64,000 nucleotides of DNA from Azolla caroliniana (Eukaryota > Plantae > Polypodiophyta). Under the pieces are notes generated by a model. It saw only the letters and a list, made by a program, of their open reading frames with translations. It ran no database searches and was not told the origin of the DNA. Positions 37,530 to 51,854 of this stretch are shown piece by piece. The position numbers were made by a program, and so were the translations under genes. Every line of letters starts with the position of its first letter. The stretch's first letter is position 1. The DNA lies in assembly GCA_043228905.1 (NCBI GenBank), contig JBHGNT010000011.1, forward strand, positions 16,802,001-16,866,000, given 5' to 3'.

Positions 37530-40500
37530 ATGGGAGGAGGAGCAGGGGAGCTCCCTGTGACTTTATTTGCAGGTGAGATCGTGGCTCAGGTGAGGGAACA
37601 CCCTGTCGTGGTGATTATTGGCGAGACAGGATCCGGAAAGACCACTCAAATCTCCCAAATCCTTTACCGTGCCCACTTCGCACAGGCCGGTAGCATCGCC
37701 ATCACTCAGCCTCGCCGTGTTGCTGCTGTCACTGTCGCCCGGTCAGCTACTTTCCTCATCTCTCTTTTTTAGTTATGATGACCGGATAAATACTCCTTTT
37801 TTTCTAAAACCATTTGTCTCATGGGCCAATTTTGGCCTTAGAAGACGTTAATATATCTTTCTTTCTTTTATTGTTTGGCCCCCTCACCCCCTTTTTTCCC
37901 TTTATTCATCTCTTGTTTATTTTTTGTTCCTTCTTTGCTTCTGTGCCTCCACATGTGCATTGTGTCTGCCCTACCTTCATATGTCCGTCTTTAACGGCAA
38001 AAGGGGAAACATTTTCTTCTTTGTTAAGAGAAGCAACAAATGCGGATTTTTAGACACTCTTGGGCGTAAATTGTAATCTTGTAGGGTAATATTAGTCTAA
38101 TGAGAGCCATTGATGTCTCCTTAGAAAGCTAGAAATGGGAACTCGGCGAACAAGGTTTCCTTATAAAGTTTAAAATTTAACTTTCGATCAAGTTTTATTT
38201 GTATATTAGATGTTTCATGCATTCATTTGTATTTTTTATTAACTCAGAAAACAAATATTCATTCCCATTTCCAAGTCTGGAGCTCAATTCCTCAAAAACC
38301 CTTATTTACCAAGAGCCAGTGTATCCTATTGTACCTTACACATGATGGCTAATTCCATTCTTGTTTTATGGTAAAAGAGCTAGGAACAGTAGGGAATTGA
38401 CCTTTAATTTCTAGATGGTGGGATTGTACATAAATCATTGTTCTTTTGAAAAGTTCCTCAAAATCTTTCAATATTCGTGTAGACTATAGAATAGAGGCTG
38501 TAAAGGGTGACAGAAGAATGTAGCCTTGTTTTATGGTCACAGAGGTAGAACTGGAACAGTAGGGGTTTGTTCCTTGATGCTTGGATAGTTGTATTGTACA
38601 TACGGACTAATAATCATAACTTTTTTCATTCCTCAAAATCTTTCAATGCTCACGTAGATTCTAGAGGTCATAAAGGGTGGCGGGAATATTTTCCTGCATC
38701 TTTTTCTTGACTGAGATTCTCTTTCCTGGTGTTTGTGCAATTTCTTTGTTTCTAGTTTGTCTACTTCCGTGCTGTCTTGCCAATTATGACCTTCTCATAA
38801 TGGTGTTCGTTTGTGTGAAGAATGTTAACAGTTGTTTTTGCAGAAGAGTAGCATCAGAGTTGAATGTGAAGCTAGGAGAGGAGGTTGGTTATGCAATTAG
38901 ATTTGAAGATCGCACTTCAGATAAGACTCGTATCAAGTAATTTTCTACCCCATCCAATTTATAGTTTGTTAAATGAAAGCTCATCAACTTCCTTTCTCCT
39001 AGAATTATGTGTATGTCCTATTTTGGGTCAGAGTACATATCTATCTATATTATTATCAGTGCTACTTAAGGGACCCATCCCAAGACTATATAAAGTAATC
39101 TAACCCTTGTCAATGACGAAAGGCACGATTTTCCTAGCCATATTATTTGTTTCAAATCTCTGAGAGTTCCCAATGGTTACTGTCTAGGTATCTGACAGAT
39201 GGTTGTCTCCTTCGGGAATGCCTATCTGATGCAGAGCTTAAACAATATTCTGTAATCATTCTGGATGAAGCACATGAAAGAAGCCTTAATACGTAAGTTC
39301 TCTCCGTAACTGAAATATTAAATGGTAGAGAGTGCAGATCATATGCATACACAATTGTTATCAATTCATTCAAATTATAAAAACTCATCATGCAAAAAGC
39401 ACTCTGTGTAACATATAAATGGTAATATATATATATAAATTTGGTTATTGAATGGTATACATAAATTTGGTTTCTTAATAGGGACATATTACTTGGTTTG
39501 CTCAAACGCTTAGCAGGGAGAAAATCTCCTAGCTTGAAAATTATCATCACATCTGCAACATTGGATGGAGAAAAATTCTCGCAGTTCTTTTCTGGATGTC
39601 CAGTAATGAACATTCCAGGGAAGTTATTTCCTGTCGAGATTCTGTATAGCACAGAACAGCCCATCAATTATCTTGAATCCGCCGTTCAAACAGTTCTTGG
39701 TAATAATCTGACAAACCAGATTCATATTTTTCTGCGGTAAGTTGCATCAGACTTTTAACAATTGCTTTCGAGCATACAGAAGTACATACGCGGGAGGGAC
39801 CTGGTGATATTTTGCTGTTTTTGACAGGACAGGTACTGTTAGAATCCATTGAGTGCTGCATGATCAATGATTCCTCTTGCTGCAATTTGTGCATAAATAT
39901 CTTTCATAAAAAGATGCAAGTGTTTTTTGGTTAAGAAAGAATATTCTTTAAAGGATACTCCAAAATATAGACGTGGATAGATTCTAGATATAGCAAGCAT
40001 ACCTTGGACGAGTATTATTAAATCGTCTCGTTTCCAATTAACCATTATGAAATGCTCGTAATGTGAAAACTATATGGTGGATGAGCCAGTGTTAAATAGA
40101 TTAGTTTGTTTAATCTTTTGAAGATTTACAACTAAATTTATAATATATATAGTGGACACACATTCAGATGATTTTTGGAATATCAAGGCTTTTTTGTCTG
40201 TTCTGTTTGTTTTTGTTTCATTGTTTCTTTTTCCTGTGTGCTGCTATCTTCCTTGTAAAATAGCTGCTGATCTGTATGTTCTAAAAAGCAAATATTTTCA
40301 CAGGAAGAGATTGAAAAAGCAATCTCAAGAATTGAAGAGAGAATAAAGCTTCTCGAGGAGGGTTCTTGTATGGATGCTATCATACTGCCACTCCATGCAT
40401 CCCTTCCACCTGAATTACAGGTAACCAGTTTGATATGATCTTTTTCTTTTGGGTTTGCACTATATTCCCACATAACATGGTCATGGTTTCTTTCTCTTTG

Positions 40501-43500
40501 TGTGTGACCGAGTTTGTAGAAATGCTTTAACCTAATCCATCATTTTCCAAATTTTAACCTCATAAAATCGGTGAACTTTATTCATTTTATAATAAACTAT
40601 TGACATGTTCAAGACACCCATGATTGGTAACCTATAGATCAAGTAGGAGTGATTGTGTGTTGGATTAATTGTTGTCTTATATTCATCATATCGACTTTTT
40701 TAAATCTTTACAACAGGTTCGTGTCTTCGCACCAAGTGATCCCTCTTGTAGGCGCATTATTGTTGCAACCAATATTGCAGAAACATCACTGACAGTAGAT
40801 GGAGTCGTGTAAGCAATTTTCTTTGAAGTGATTGGCGTTTTCTAATCCGTGATTTATCAATTAACAATTCGATAACTTAGTTACGTTCAAAATGAATTCA
40901 AATAATATTTCATGAGAAAAAGTTATGAACAAACAGGTGTGCTCCCTCATTTCTTTTTTTCCTGTCCCCAAGATTAAGCTTTGAGAATCCTGTCCCCAAG
41001 GTCAGGCTCTGAGAATCTGATTCTTTTGCAGATATGTTATTGATCCAGGTGTTGTAAAACAACGACAATACTCTCCTTCTACAGGCATGTACTCCCTTGT
41101 CGTCGTGCAAATTAGCAGGTTTGATAATGTGTGACATTCATGCTTGTCTGCTGTTTGTTTCCAATTTTGTTAAGAGTGATTTATATACACATAAATAGTA
41201 GGCTCATGGACTCATTTCTTGTGTGATAGGGTACAAGCTATACAAAGAGCTGGTCGAGCTGGACGTACACGGCCTGGGAAATGTTTTAGGCTATACACTG
41301 AAGATGTCTATCGAAATGAATTTCCTGCAATAACTGTCCCAGAAATTCAACGGTCATCATTAACTGGCGCTGTTCTTCATTTGAAATCTTTGGATCTTGC
41401 TGTGAATGTGCTTGATTTTGAATTTCTTGACCAACCATCACGTAGGGTGATATAATCTGTATCAAGGAATGTTGGCTTTGCCATTATTTGTGGCGATCAT
41501 TTCATATATTTTTCTGCATATTTTCCCTTTTGCATTAGGTGACTGCTTGGAGGATGCATTGCAGCAGCTGTACATTCTAGATGCGATAGATGAAGATGGA
41601 TCCATCACCTCATTGGGAAAAAGGATGTCTGGTACACATGCCTTAGCTTGTTTTACTATTATTACACTTGGGCTAATGAATTGTTTATTTTCTTGCAATA
41701 CTGTTAAGAAAATCCTGAACAAACAGTATCTGCTTTTCTCAGAGTTTCCCCTTGATCCCTCTCTCGCAAGAGTTCTCCTTGCAGCAGAAGATGCCGGCTG
41801 CTTGGATCAAGCTTTAACAATAGCATCTATGCTGTCATGTGAATCCATCTTTTCTTCCTTTATAAAGTAAGTCTTATTCTTTGAATTCATGGAAATGTCT
41901 TTTCAGTTTTCTTCCTTTACAAGGTAAGTCTTACTCATTTGCTTCGCAACATGTAGTCATCAACAGATACCTTGGTACTTCACCAAGTGCAATAAATTAC
42001 ACCTCGACTTCTTTATAGCAGTACATTAAAAGGTGCTTGCCTGATTTACTTTCATGTGTTTGGGTATCAAAGCCTTTTTGGGTTTGCTATTTTTATGGTG
42101 AAATTTATAGCATAAGAAGATATAAACGCAAACTTTGGCACCTGTGAAACCTCTGATGAGGCTGTGCATGATGTCATTAACCTTTCATCCCTTTGTACTG
42201 TTCAACAGAGGTGCAGATTGCGCAAATAGCTCTCTGTTTGTATCCATGCTTTCATAGTTTTCGACAAACAACCACAAGCATTTTTTTTTGTCTCTATCGG
42301 CCATCTGTGCTCAAAACTATTGGTTTGGTCTCATGAAGTTAAGGGTCTGTCAATTTGGTGCGCATGCAAATTTTTGTAGCAAAGTGATACTTTTGCTAAT
42401 GAGCCGGTGGAACTTCGTACTTATATCCTTAGAAATTATACCCCATAACCACATCCAATCGTTTTTTGGTATGCATTACTGTAGTTGTTTATGGAATCTT
42501 ATTTTTAATGGGTAGTCATTTATATTCATGTCTATTTATTTGTTTGTTTGTTTTTGCTAAAATGAGTTCTGTTTTCCTTATATAGCATGATCCATTTACT
42601 TGCCCCCAGAACCAAGTATTTTATAGCTTAAATGACTTGATTGTTTCACGAATAGAATGAAATATATTCTAATTGCGTATAGTTTTACAATGTATGTGAT
42701 GATGAAATAATTAGACTTAATTGTGGGTTTTGTTGTATGAAACCTACAAGAAGTTAACTTAATTTTGTTGACAGTAACAAGAATACATCCAAGAAAAGAG
42801 AGCTTGAGTATAAGAATTTGCCAGATGGCAAGGGCCTAGGTGATCACATTCAACTGCTCCAAATTTATGAACAATGGTGTCATGTCGGATATGATTTTGA
42901 ATGGTGTGAACAACATGGCTTGCAGGTACTAATCTAGCCAGACCTCGACTCTTTATAAATGGTTCATCTACTTCTTGTAAAATAAACCATTTCTATATCT
43001 CATGGTTGAAAGCTTGGATCAGGCAAGGTCAATGATATTTGCAAAGGAAGTTAGAAAGCAACTTAGTGCAATTATGCAGGACAAACTTAAAGGTAAGCTA
43101 AACAAAGCGTTAATAACATTTCATGAAGAATACATGACATGGTTAAGGAGAAAGAAAGAAAATAACATATATCAAAGGGATAACATCCGAAAATCTTGTC
43201 TCATCACGGAAAAGAACAAAGGAAACGAGCAGAAACTGTCTAAGACACATTTCAAACTGAAAGAGAGACCATTCAGAATCCCTAGCAGTTTGGTTCCACC
43301 TTGGTTTTCTCTCACCTCTTCTTTAAAGCCTAAAACCATTTCAAATGAAGCTGAAACTTCAAAAAGTTATCAAATTCAGCATTGAGTTGAGCCTGATATT
43401 TGTTTCAGAAGTCTCTGCAAATTACTCAAGAAGCTCCACTTGCATATCACATATATGTAATTTATCTAGTGCTTATATTTTGGCCTATTTTAGGAAACAA

Positions 43501-45624
43501 TTCCGAAACGAAACTATAAAACTTGCAAAAGCAGGAAACGTTTCCTGTGACACTGGTACTATGGATGCTTTCAAGAATCTAATTAAGTGGAGAGGCCATG
43601 GTTAAGTGAATGCCTGTGCGCAGAACAAATTGCTATTGTCCGAGAGTCAATCCATGGCAATCTGGTTGGATTTTTATGATCAGCTCCCTACTGTTGCTGT
43701 GCTTGGCTACATTGTCATATGAATTGCACTAAGAGGCTGTAGACCTTGGTGCTGAAAAAAGCTACGAGTCCTTTGCTGATGTGCATGTGTGGTGGCTCTA
43801 ATTTTTTTCAATACTTCCTCTCACTTGCCTCCGAAATTATTGGGACTGCTTTGCTCTTAATGCAAACTATCTCATGAGACATTGATGGTTTCTCTGTATC
43901 ATATTCAAATATTGGAAAATATGTCCATTTTCAAATAAAGCTTTGATCGGGATATTATGTTTTTGGATCTGAGTCAGCCTCTATAGTTTGCTGAAATTGG
44001 TAGGTTGTGTTATACGCCTATGATCTCACTATTTCAAGGCCAAGAATTTCCGATTCTTTCTCCATGCTTGGTTGCGTCATTCATATCCCTTTTGTGTCAG
44101 GTATAGAATAAGTGCATCACCATACTCACTGGCCAGAGTAGTTTTGCAACACTTTTCCCTCTTGTTTCAAGCATCTTAACTTAGCTGTTGAAGATTGAAG
44201 ACAATTGTGTCTTCTTCTATTCAGGATACAATGTGCCTGATTTTTAAACCTTGAACCAGTAAAAAATTGCTTGGCTTTCTATGATTTTGGATAATGTAGA
44301 TTACCAATCAAGGATCCGCTCACACTATCCATTTTAGATTCTTAGATGCTACTAGAATTTAAGTTCATTGGAAACTCTCAGTTTATCTGGTGGGAAGTGA
44401 GCATTCTTGGAGCTCTACTCTACTAGGGATAACTCAATATGTTATTGATAAAGCTCTTCCATCCAACTCAGATTATTTACTTGCATGCTGTGATGTTGGC
44501 TCTCTTTGTGAGGTCAAGGTTTTTAGTCTGGTTAATGGTCTTTTGCCTATAGACATTTCAGTTGTATAATCCAACTTTGACAAATGTCCCGACAATAGTC
44601 TTGTACATATTATGGTGGATATCTTGGCTAGTCTTGACATCTAAAATTTAGAATTAACATCAAATAATTTAGACTTGATGTTAAATAATTTAGAATTAGC
44701 ATAAAATAATTTACACATATGATAAAGCTATGCAGACACCTTTTATAGAAGATTCAGCTATGGTGCAACACTATTTGTAATTAAGACTAAATGAATGATG
44801 CGATGTTTCTGTGTGGTTGCTAGTTAATAAATTATGTTGTCCTTTCAGGGTCCAAGCAATCTAGATCAAAAGATCCTAATATGCTTGCACTAAGAAAAAG
44901 CATCTGCATAGGGTTTGCAAACCGCTTAGCACAACGCATGCCAAGACATAATGGTTACAGAACAATAGGGATGAAATCACAGTTGGTCCAGGTTAGTAAC
45001 ATTATGAAAAGCTTAGGACGTTTATTTTCTAATAGAATCATGGACAATAGGAAGAGTAACGCCATTTGTTTCATTTGGCACATTTTTCTGTTTTATAAAT
45101 TGAATCGGATAAATTACAAATGTTGCTTGGGAAAATTTATCAGGTACATCCTTCTGCAAGCTCAATGGAGGCAGATGATGATGGGCTTTTACCAGAATGG
45201 GTAGTCTACAATGAACTCGTGAACACAGGGCGACCTTATATCAAACATGTGTGTGCCGTTGAAGGTGTATGGTGTCAACCTGCTTTAGTTAAATTCAACA
45301 AAATCTCTCTTGAAAAGCTGAGGTATATTTCACGTAGGCTTGTTTCTGAAAAAAGAAAAGAAAAAGAAAAATGAAACTATATATAGTGTGTGTTCGTCTT
45401 CAGAGAGAGAGAGAGACTGTTTGTGATATTGAATAAAAGAGTTTTGACTTCATTTCTTTTGAAACAGTGGATGTAAATCAGGTGCAGCCCTGTTATCTGA
45501 GAATACAGTTAGTGAAAAGAAAGTTAATCTTTCTGAATCTAAGACTGTGAGTGTTCAGAATGACATAGTTGCAGCTGCCCGAGAGCGGTTTCTCCTTAGG
45601 AAACAGTCTAAGGTTCACAAATGA
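37530..45624 (+). CDS. DEAH-box ATP-dependent RNA helicase, DEAH4 / At1g27900-type, ~16 exons
   Basis: Motifs [99 protein letters not shown]2 region [14 protein letters not shown]-fold [15 protein letters not shown], and C-terminal AARERFL. Approximate exons: 37530-37741, 38844-38936, 39188-39292, 39482-39699, 39780-39832, 40304-40420, 40717-40808, 41032-41118, 41230-41441, 41539-41631, 41743-41866, 42774-42925, 43023-43092, 44849-44991, 45144-45322, 45468-45624. Confidence 0.95.
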
Positions 45625-46819
45625 CTTCATTATGAAAACATCAAACATATTCATCATGTTGTCAAGATGCCATTTGCATGTATCTTATTGCAGAGATATC
45701 AGTCTTTTTTACCTGGAGATTAGAACTTCACAACATTTGACCATTCTCTGTAAACATTAAAACAAAGTGTGGCTATAAACATTTTTTGTATAGAGAGTCA
45801 GAAGAGGTGTGGTGTCAGTGTATATGCCCACCTCAAAAGATGTATGGAACCAAAACCGATGCACCCAATGAGGAAAGAGCTAAACTTGTATAGATAAACC
45901 CATACACTCATAACGAGAAGTTGCACTGTTTATAGAATGATTACAATTAGTTGCACTATGTTAAATCAGATGAGCATTAGTTTCTTTGATCAATATTTAT
46001 TATTTACCTCTTTGTAATCTTGGTTCCGGTTCCGGTACATGTTATGTAAAATGTGTAGCTATTATAAATGAGTGTTTGTGTATGAATGATCATCCCTGTA
46101 ACAGCCAATATTATAAAGATTCAAGTAAAAGATTACATGGAGCACAAAATTCAATCGAGCCCCCCTTTTATGGACTATCATAAGCATACTTTGTCATTAG
46201 GTAGTGCTCTTCAAATAGGTCAATTAGGTTGTACTTTTCAAATTGGTGGACATATTTGGGCATCATTGAGTGTTTCTTTTCAAATAGGTGGATGGAGAGT
46301 CTTAGGCACTGTTTATTCCATGTGTGTAGCTTGTATTGATGTGAGAATTTTGAACAATGATATGTACATGTTAAACTACACAACCACAAGGCTTTTATTA
46401 GCTTGCTAACAATGTTTCGATCACAAGTATATCTGGCAAAAATTAAGGTACACGAAACTTGAAAATATTACAACAGCGTTTAAATCTGAGCAGTAAGCAG
46501 CTATATTTTTGTATACATTGAGGTACAAAAACATGATGCTCAACATGTTGCATCATCTGTATTGTAGTTAAACACCCATCTAAGTTGTGAAGACAAGATT
46601 GAAAAATATTGCAACTTGGAAGGGCTGATGCTATAGAAGCACTCGTGTTTTTCAAATGAAACGTTCAAATTCACAAATGTGTAAAGCAAAAAAAATCAAA
46701 TTCATAAATGTACCCCCAATTCGTGTATCAAGTTGGTTTGGTCTATAAAATAAAATGCATTCATGCACCATGAAATAATGAAAAGAAAGAATCACATCTC
46801 CTAGAGCATCAAAATTAAA

Positions 46820-47600
46820 TTGATTAATTAATGAGCTAACGTGAAGATGAATGTGCTACATGTTAAAGAGCGCCCCAAAATCATATTTTCACTAAATCAT
46901 TGTTTTTGATAAGTATTTAAAAGTAATGCAAATATATAAAAATGCCACTTCACCACCATACGTTTCACCTGGAAGTACAGCAATTGCCAACATCATGCAA
47001 GATGCCACATTCTTGTCCATAAATACTTGTTGCTTCTTTTGAGTAAAACATTTTCTCCATGGATGAAAATATCAATCTGGCAAATTCTGTCATCTCACAA
47101 TCTGGAAGTTTCTGCCATCTCATCAATAATTTGCACTGACAAAATCACATCCTTTCGAAGTGATATTCAAAATGTTGATTAATGATTCAGACTGAAGATG
47201 AATAGGCAACATTCGACAAGAGCTGTTCCAAGATTAAAATTTCACTTAATCATATCATTTTTTTCAAGTATTTAACAAGTTGTGCCGATGAGTTCACTTC
47301 ACCACCACAAGTTTCACCAAAACGCTGGAAGTACAGCAACTGCAAGTATCATGCAAGATGCCACTGTCTTGTTCATAATGCTTGTTACTTCTGAATATAA
47401 TGTTCTTTCTATAGATGAAAATATCGAACTCATCATCACAAAATCATACCATTTGGAAGGGATATTCATAATGTTGATTAATGAGTCAGCCTCAAGATGA
47501 ATATGCTACGTTTGACTAGAGCTGTTCCAAAATTAAAATTTCATTTAATCATTGTTTTTTTCACAAATATTTACAAGTTGTGACGCAGCCATATACAAAA
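46820..47600 (-). pseudogene. Two decayed tandem copies of the last exon plus 3' flank of the neighbouring conserved gene
   Basis: gaagtacagcaa.tgc.a..atcatgcaagatgccac and gatattca.aatgttgat recur at ~46970-47180, ~47328-47480 and in the real exon at 47642-47836. Confidence 0.85.
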
Positions 47601-47610
47601 ATTGTTTGGT

Positions 47611-49495
47611 TCACTTCACAACACGTTTCACTAACACTACTAGAAGTACAGCAACTGCAAGCATCATGCAAGATGCCACTGTCTTGTCCATAGTGCTTGT
47701 TGCCTCTTTTGAGTAGAATGTTGTTTCTATGAATGAAAATACCGAACTGGCAATCTCTGCCACCTTGTTGATAATGTGGATTACCCTTTCACTGACAAAA
47801 TCACACACTCTCGAAGTGATATTCATAATGTTGATCTCACCCAGGTCATCCTTCGATGGAACAGATTCCTTTTGGCCATCCACATCTACATGAAAATCCC
47901 AAAATATGAAACACAATATAATCTCCTTGTAAATAATAGCATATATTCGCTGCACTTTATATTTAACCCCCTTGTTCACATATGTTTGCTTTATATCTGA
48001 AATAATCCTCAAAATCCTAGAATGGGTTTAGGGTTTAGGGCTAAACCCTAAACCCATTGTCTTGCAAACCATAGGTTGAGATTTGATTCTTCAATTCTCA
48101 CAAATGGCACTAGATAAAACGTAAGTAAAAAGGAATTGAATCATACCATCTCCATCTTGTAGGCTTTGCGTGAGTTCCATGACTTTCTCATTGCTCAAAA
48201 CAGCTTTCCAGACGGTTGGATCACGTGCCAATGACTTCACTGCATCCTGTGGCAATAAATTCTTTACTTAGACAGAGGTAACTAATGCAAAAATTCTCCA
48301 TAAGTTGAAATTTGTAAGACTTAATCAGGTGTTTTCTTTGCAAGAGCAATTAATGGATGGCTAAATTCGTGAGTTACTCATCAATCAATAAAATTGAGTA
48401 ACAAAAATTCAATAATGTGAGCTCAAAAAACTCCATAAAGTACTCAGGAAAATATTTCCAAGGATGGTTGATAAACACAATTGGAACAAAGAACTTCAGA
48501 ACTCTTCCATAATTAGATATTGTAAAATAAATTATAAAAAACGTATTTGTTGAAAAACGTTATCAATGGATATATTGGATAGGCAATGATGGATCCAATA
48601 ATACAGATTTAGAACTCTATAGAGATTTTTGATGGTACAACATTTATTAGGAAAAACAATGTTTGAAAGGATGATGGATGGGGAATGGAATCAAACCTGA
48701 ACCTTTGGATTAGTTTGCAAAAGATGGAATGCCTGGTAAACAGAGTTGCTACTGCCAGTAAGCAATCCAAGGCAGATTGGTAACGAAGAAGAAAGAGATG
48801 CATCTACTACCTTCTTTTCTTCAATAACCATTGGAACTGGGCAAGGAACCAATTCTCTCTTTTCTTCTTCACTTTCAATAAGTCTCAGTGTATGGTTGCC
48901 TTCAACAAGTGAAGAAGGTGCAGGTATAGAACTGCATCAAAACAGAGTAGTATTTTATCCTGGGTTTTCAGTGTCATCCTAACCTACCATTCATAATGTA
49001 TATGTATATGCATGTGTATGTATGCGTGTATGTATACATTTGCGTGCACACACACACACACACACACATGCACACATGTAACTTGTGTTTGTGTGTATTT
49101 GCCTTATAACATTGTTCAAGGATAGATACTCACACATGAAGTGCAACACAGAGGTCTTTTGTGGCTTCTTCAACCTCCTCCTCGGACGGTGGGCGCACAA
49201 ATTCAAATTGGTTATTATTATTATTATTCAATGGTCCATTCCAATCCTCCTCAACTGGATACTCCCAATCCTCCATCTCGAAACATTGCGCATGGTCACT
49301 AGAAGGCTTCTTAGAGGAGCTGATTTCCAACACATCTTTAAGAGGCAAATTCAAAGAAGGTTTTGCTTCTGGAAGGTCTATTGAAGGGGCATGGCAAAAC
49401 CCGACTGATGCCTTTGTTATTGTTGATTGCCCCACCATCGCTGCTGTTGCTGCTCCCATCAGTCTTGTCATGCCTCCAATCACACCTCCTCCCAT
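47611..49495 (-). CDS. Conserved uncharacterised plant protein (At4g25170/At5g61490-like, UCP012943-type) with C-terminal membrane anchor, 4 coding exons
   Basis: MGGGVIGG...EDWEY...FVRPPSEEEVEEATKDL; VYQAFHLLQTNPKVQ|DAVKSLARDPTVWKAVLSNEKVMEL; C-terminal ASCMMLAVAVLLVVLVKRVVK. Approximate exons: 49495-49134, 48931-48697, 48246-48147, 47885-47611. A 5'-UTR exon lies near 50846-50940. Confidence 0.85.
48021..48058. repeat. Perfect 18-bp inverted repeat built of plant telomere repeats (TTTAGGG facing CCCTAAA)
   Basis: aatgggtttagggtttag-gg-ctaaaccctaaacccatt. Confidence 0.9.
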
Positions 49496-51854
49496 TACCA
49501 CCTTACAAAAATGTAAACTAGATTAATGTTAGGACTCTAGCCTCCTAAATAAATCAATTAACACAATGACCATATATTGATATACAAAATCTCTCCTTTT
49601 ACAGTTTTTTTGTTAGGATCCTACTCCCTAATCACATTGTAACCTAATGAACACGATTCATTAAAAACCTCCCATGTAAAATGGCTAGAGATTAGCTCAC
49701 TATCCAACCATAAGGCGTTGAAGCTCTAACATTAGGATTACACCTCTTAATCAATTAGTTAATCTAATTGATATGATTAATTAACAAATTGCATTATTGA
49801 TAAAAGGCTAAAGTTTAGCTCACCACTGTGATAAAACATTAGAAAGCACCCAGGGAACTAATAACTTATTGGGCGAGTGAAATTCATGGCATGCAAAACC
49901 TTGAAAACATGATGATGCATTGGGATAAAATTTGAAATATCTAACTATTTTTGGATAGTATTAATAGTAAGTTCAGACAAAGTTTCAAAAAATTTAATGA
50001 ATCTATAGAAATCTCCATTGTCAAAGATACACAAAACTTCCTCCAAAACCTTTAAAAACTGATTTTGGCGAACTGTTAACGTTTATCATTAATTCCTACT
50101 ATAGTCTTCAATGATTTCTAAGTATATGATGAGCAAGAATGATCAATGACATAATTTAATGTGAATAAGTGATATCAACATGGCAGAAAGACATCCCTGA
50201 TTAGCGAGAATGAAGAGTTTAGGGTTAATACTCAAGAGACAGAATTTACAAATCCTATGCAATTCCGTGCATATTCTCTTTGGTTAATACCACCAGAGAT
50301 TGTGTTAAGAATATAAAAATTACAGTTCCCAATAAGTGTTTTATGGTTTTTAAACAAAGTAGGGCTTTAAATAAGTCAGAGAAATAACAAAACTAGGGTT
50401 TCAATACCGAACCAGACGGTAAAGCAAAAATCAAGGTTCGCAAGTTGTAAACTAGGGTTTATTCCATAAAACTGAATTTTAGAGTCCCAAATTCAAAGTA
50501 GGGCTTATATCAGGGAGAAAGAAAACATGGTTTCAAGATCCAAATGAGGGCTTACGTTAGAGACAACAAAACCATGGTCTCAATCAGGGAATCAAGATCC
50601 AAATAAGGATTTTCAAGAATAAAGCAAAGGGTTTATGTCACATATTAATGGAAAAAGAGAAAATAGGGACATGCGAGACTTAGAAAAAGAAAAAGAAAAA
50701 AGGAAGTAGAAAAATTAGGGTGGTAAACACACATATATGCACACACATGACAGGGCAAGAAAGAAGAGGCCAAAGAAACATGAATCAGATCAAGACATGG
50801 AAGTCTAATTCAACGCAATTTCTGTGATCGATGGAGAGTGACATACCTGTAGGATTCTACAGGAAGCTCGATCGGTAGTCGAAAACGAATGAAATGGGAA
50901 GGGAGGAGGAAGAGAAAGATGGAAACCTCCTCACTCCTATGTACATATATAGATAGTATTTTCATGATGTATGTGTATGTATGTATGTATGTATGTATGT
51001 ATATGGAAATCCCTGAATATACCCCTAACTAGGTTTACATGTAATTCCTAAAATACCCTTTTTCTTCGTTAGGGCTTACCAATGGTTGGTTATCGAGTCA
51101 AGGTCATGTGTTCAAATCCTTGTGCGTTCACACATCTGTGTCACATTGTGTATCGCTTCTCTTGAACTAACTACAATGGAGACGACCATCCCAACCGAAA
51201 CACTTAAAACACAACTATTTATAACTTAAATTTGGTTTATCGAACGAGAACAGTTGCCGCATAACCATCTCAACAATGGCTTCGTTTGGTGTATAGAACA
51301 ATAACCATTGACATGACCATCTCAACAACTATGGCCCTTTCAATTTCATTGTCCCCCTTGTCCCAAGTGTCGTCCTTTGGTCTCCACTAGATAATAATAA
51401 CTTTTTTAGTTTTCTAATGGATGCAAGATGTAAATGATAGATGCATGGAGCAAAATTGGATGAGAGAGGTGAAGAGGGAGTGAGGAGCTGCACATAGACT
51501 AGAGTAGAGTGCACTAGTTTGGTATTGAAACCCTAGTTTTGAGCAAGTAGTTGAGTGGATGAGTAGATAGACATAGCCCATAGTGCACAAGAGAACTTTG
51601 TACCAACCCACGAAATGATGATGTGAAGGAGATTGAAAGGTTCTCATCAATTATGCATTGGATTTCGAAAACACCAACACATGTTTGTGTTGAACTTGAT
51701 GGTGCATCGGTTGGTATGACTTATGGGATGTCTTTAGTAAGTCCTTTCCAAACAAAACAAGAAAAATCGTGAAATTATAATAAATGATATCTATAATTTA
51801 ACTAAAGTAAGGAAATACAAACCTTGCATAATCATCGTCCTCTCAAGACCGTAA

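Noticed and set aside
39152-39667. 171-aa minus-strand ORF
   Set aside because: Antisense shadow of DEAH helicase exons and introns with no motif.
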